Origin: Myxococcales bacterium
GTDB taxonomy: Bacteria > Myxococcota_A > Polyangia > Polyangiales > Houyiibacteriaceae
Length of the DNA: 54,443 nucleotides
Assembly (NCBI GenBank): GCA_012744445.1
Contig: JAAYBZ010000006.1
Span: 1 to 54,443, forward strand
Direction: 5' to 3'
Shown: positions 53,874-54,443 of the stretch, piece by piece
Layout: each line of letters opens with the position of its first letter
Numbering within the stretch: position 1 is the first letter of the stretch
Notes under the pieces: model-generated
The model's input: the letters and a program-made list of their open reading frames with translations, nothing else
The model's database searches: none
What the model was told of the DNA's origin: nothing
Position numbers and translations under genes: made by a program

Positions 53874-54443
53874 TCACTCCTTCTCGGGGTTCTCGCTCGA
53901 CGAGCGCCCGATGGCGTCGCGCATCTGCGTGTCGGCCGCGAGGTTGCGGAGCTGGTAGTAGTCCATCACGCCGAGGTTGCCCTTCTCGAGCGCGGTGGCC
54001 ATGGCGCGCGGCACCATCGCCTCGGCCTCGACGAGCTTGGCCTTCATCTCCTGGACCTTGGCGCGCATCTCCTGCTCGGCGGCCACGGCGAGGGCGCGGC
54101 GGCTCTCGGCCTGCGCCTGCGCGATCTGCTTGTCGGCCTCGGCCTTCTCGGTGAGGAGCTTGGCGCCGATGTTCGCGCCGACGTCGATGTCGGCGATGTC
54201 GATGGAGAGGATCTCGAACGCCGTGCCGCTGTCGAGGCCACGCGAGAGGACGTTCTTGGAGATCCGATCCGGGTTCTCGAGCACCACGGCGTAGCTCTCG
54301 GCCGAGCCGATGGTGGACACGATGCCCTCACCCACGCGCGCGATGACCGTCTCCTCGGTGGCGCCGCCGACGAGGCGGTTGAGGTTGGAGCGCACGGTGA
54401 TGCGCGTGAGGACGATGAGCTGGATGCCGTCCTTCGCGACGGC
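53874..54443 (-). CDS. floA: Flotillin-like protein FloA (YqfA), 5' part outside window
   Basis: AVAKDGIQL...[63 protein letters not shown] and [15 protein letters not shown] motifs. Confidence 0.95.
   Translation of the reverse strand, partial: AVAKDGIQLIVLTRITVRSNLNRLVGGATEETVIARVGEGIVSTIGSAESYAVVLENPDRISKNVLSRGLDSGTAFEILSIDIADIDVGANIGAKLLTEKAEADKQIAQAQAESRRALAVAAEQEMRAKVQEMKAKLVEAEAMVPRAMATALEKGNLGVMDYYQLRNLAADTQMRDAIGRSSSENPEKE

Noticed and set aside
1-54443. tRNA, rRNA, IS elements, integrases, prophage genes
   Set aside because: No cloverleaf/T-loop signature in any intergenic gap, and no transposase, integrase or phage-like ORFs recognised.

Overview
A 54.4-kb, very GC-rich and densely coding chromosomal segment. 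It is most likely myxobacterial (Polyangiales-like); this is inferred from a MYXO-CTERM protein, a DUF4388 protein, Cys-repeat lipoproteins and a Ser/Thr kinase. About 51 genes are supported. From left to right: a degenerate GGDEF/DICT-like gene and a REC-DUF4388-GTPase-like gene translationally coupled to a complete mrpABCDEFG Na+/H+ antiporter operon; ruvAB converging on yebC-ruvC with two envelope genes in between; NDH-2, a Cys-repeat lipoprotein, a Na/Pi cotransporter and a GT2 glycosyltransferase; an AcrAB-type RND pair and a YHS lipoprotein; gltX, a CPBP protease and a large Ser/Thr kinase; envelope, lipid and stress genes; two paralogous 4-Cys lipoproteins flanking a MYXO-CTERM protein; an M16 peptidase pair; trpS; a LEA-like lipoprotein; a DUF3516 helicase; and the end of a floA (flotillin-like) operon. 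I saw no rRNA, tRNA, CRISPR array or mobile element. The best candidates for an undescribed system are: (1) the floA operon, which holds an uncalled 47-aa microprotein and a membrane-anchored, catalytically dead zincin-like protein sharing a YqfB-like tail motif; (2) the all-degenerate signalling pair coupled to mrp; (3) the 4-Cys lipoprotein paralogues around the MYXO-CTERM gene. A recurring TANNNT-N6/7-ATG pattern suggests frequent leaderless transcription. All family calls come from motif recognition by eye; no database searches were run.
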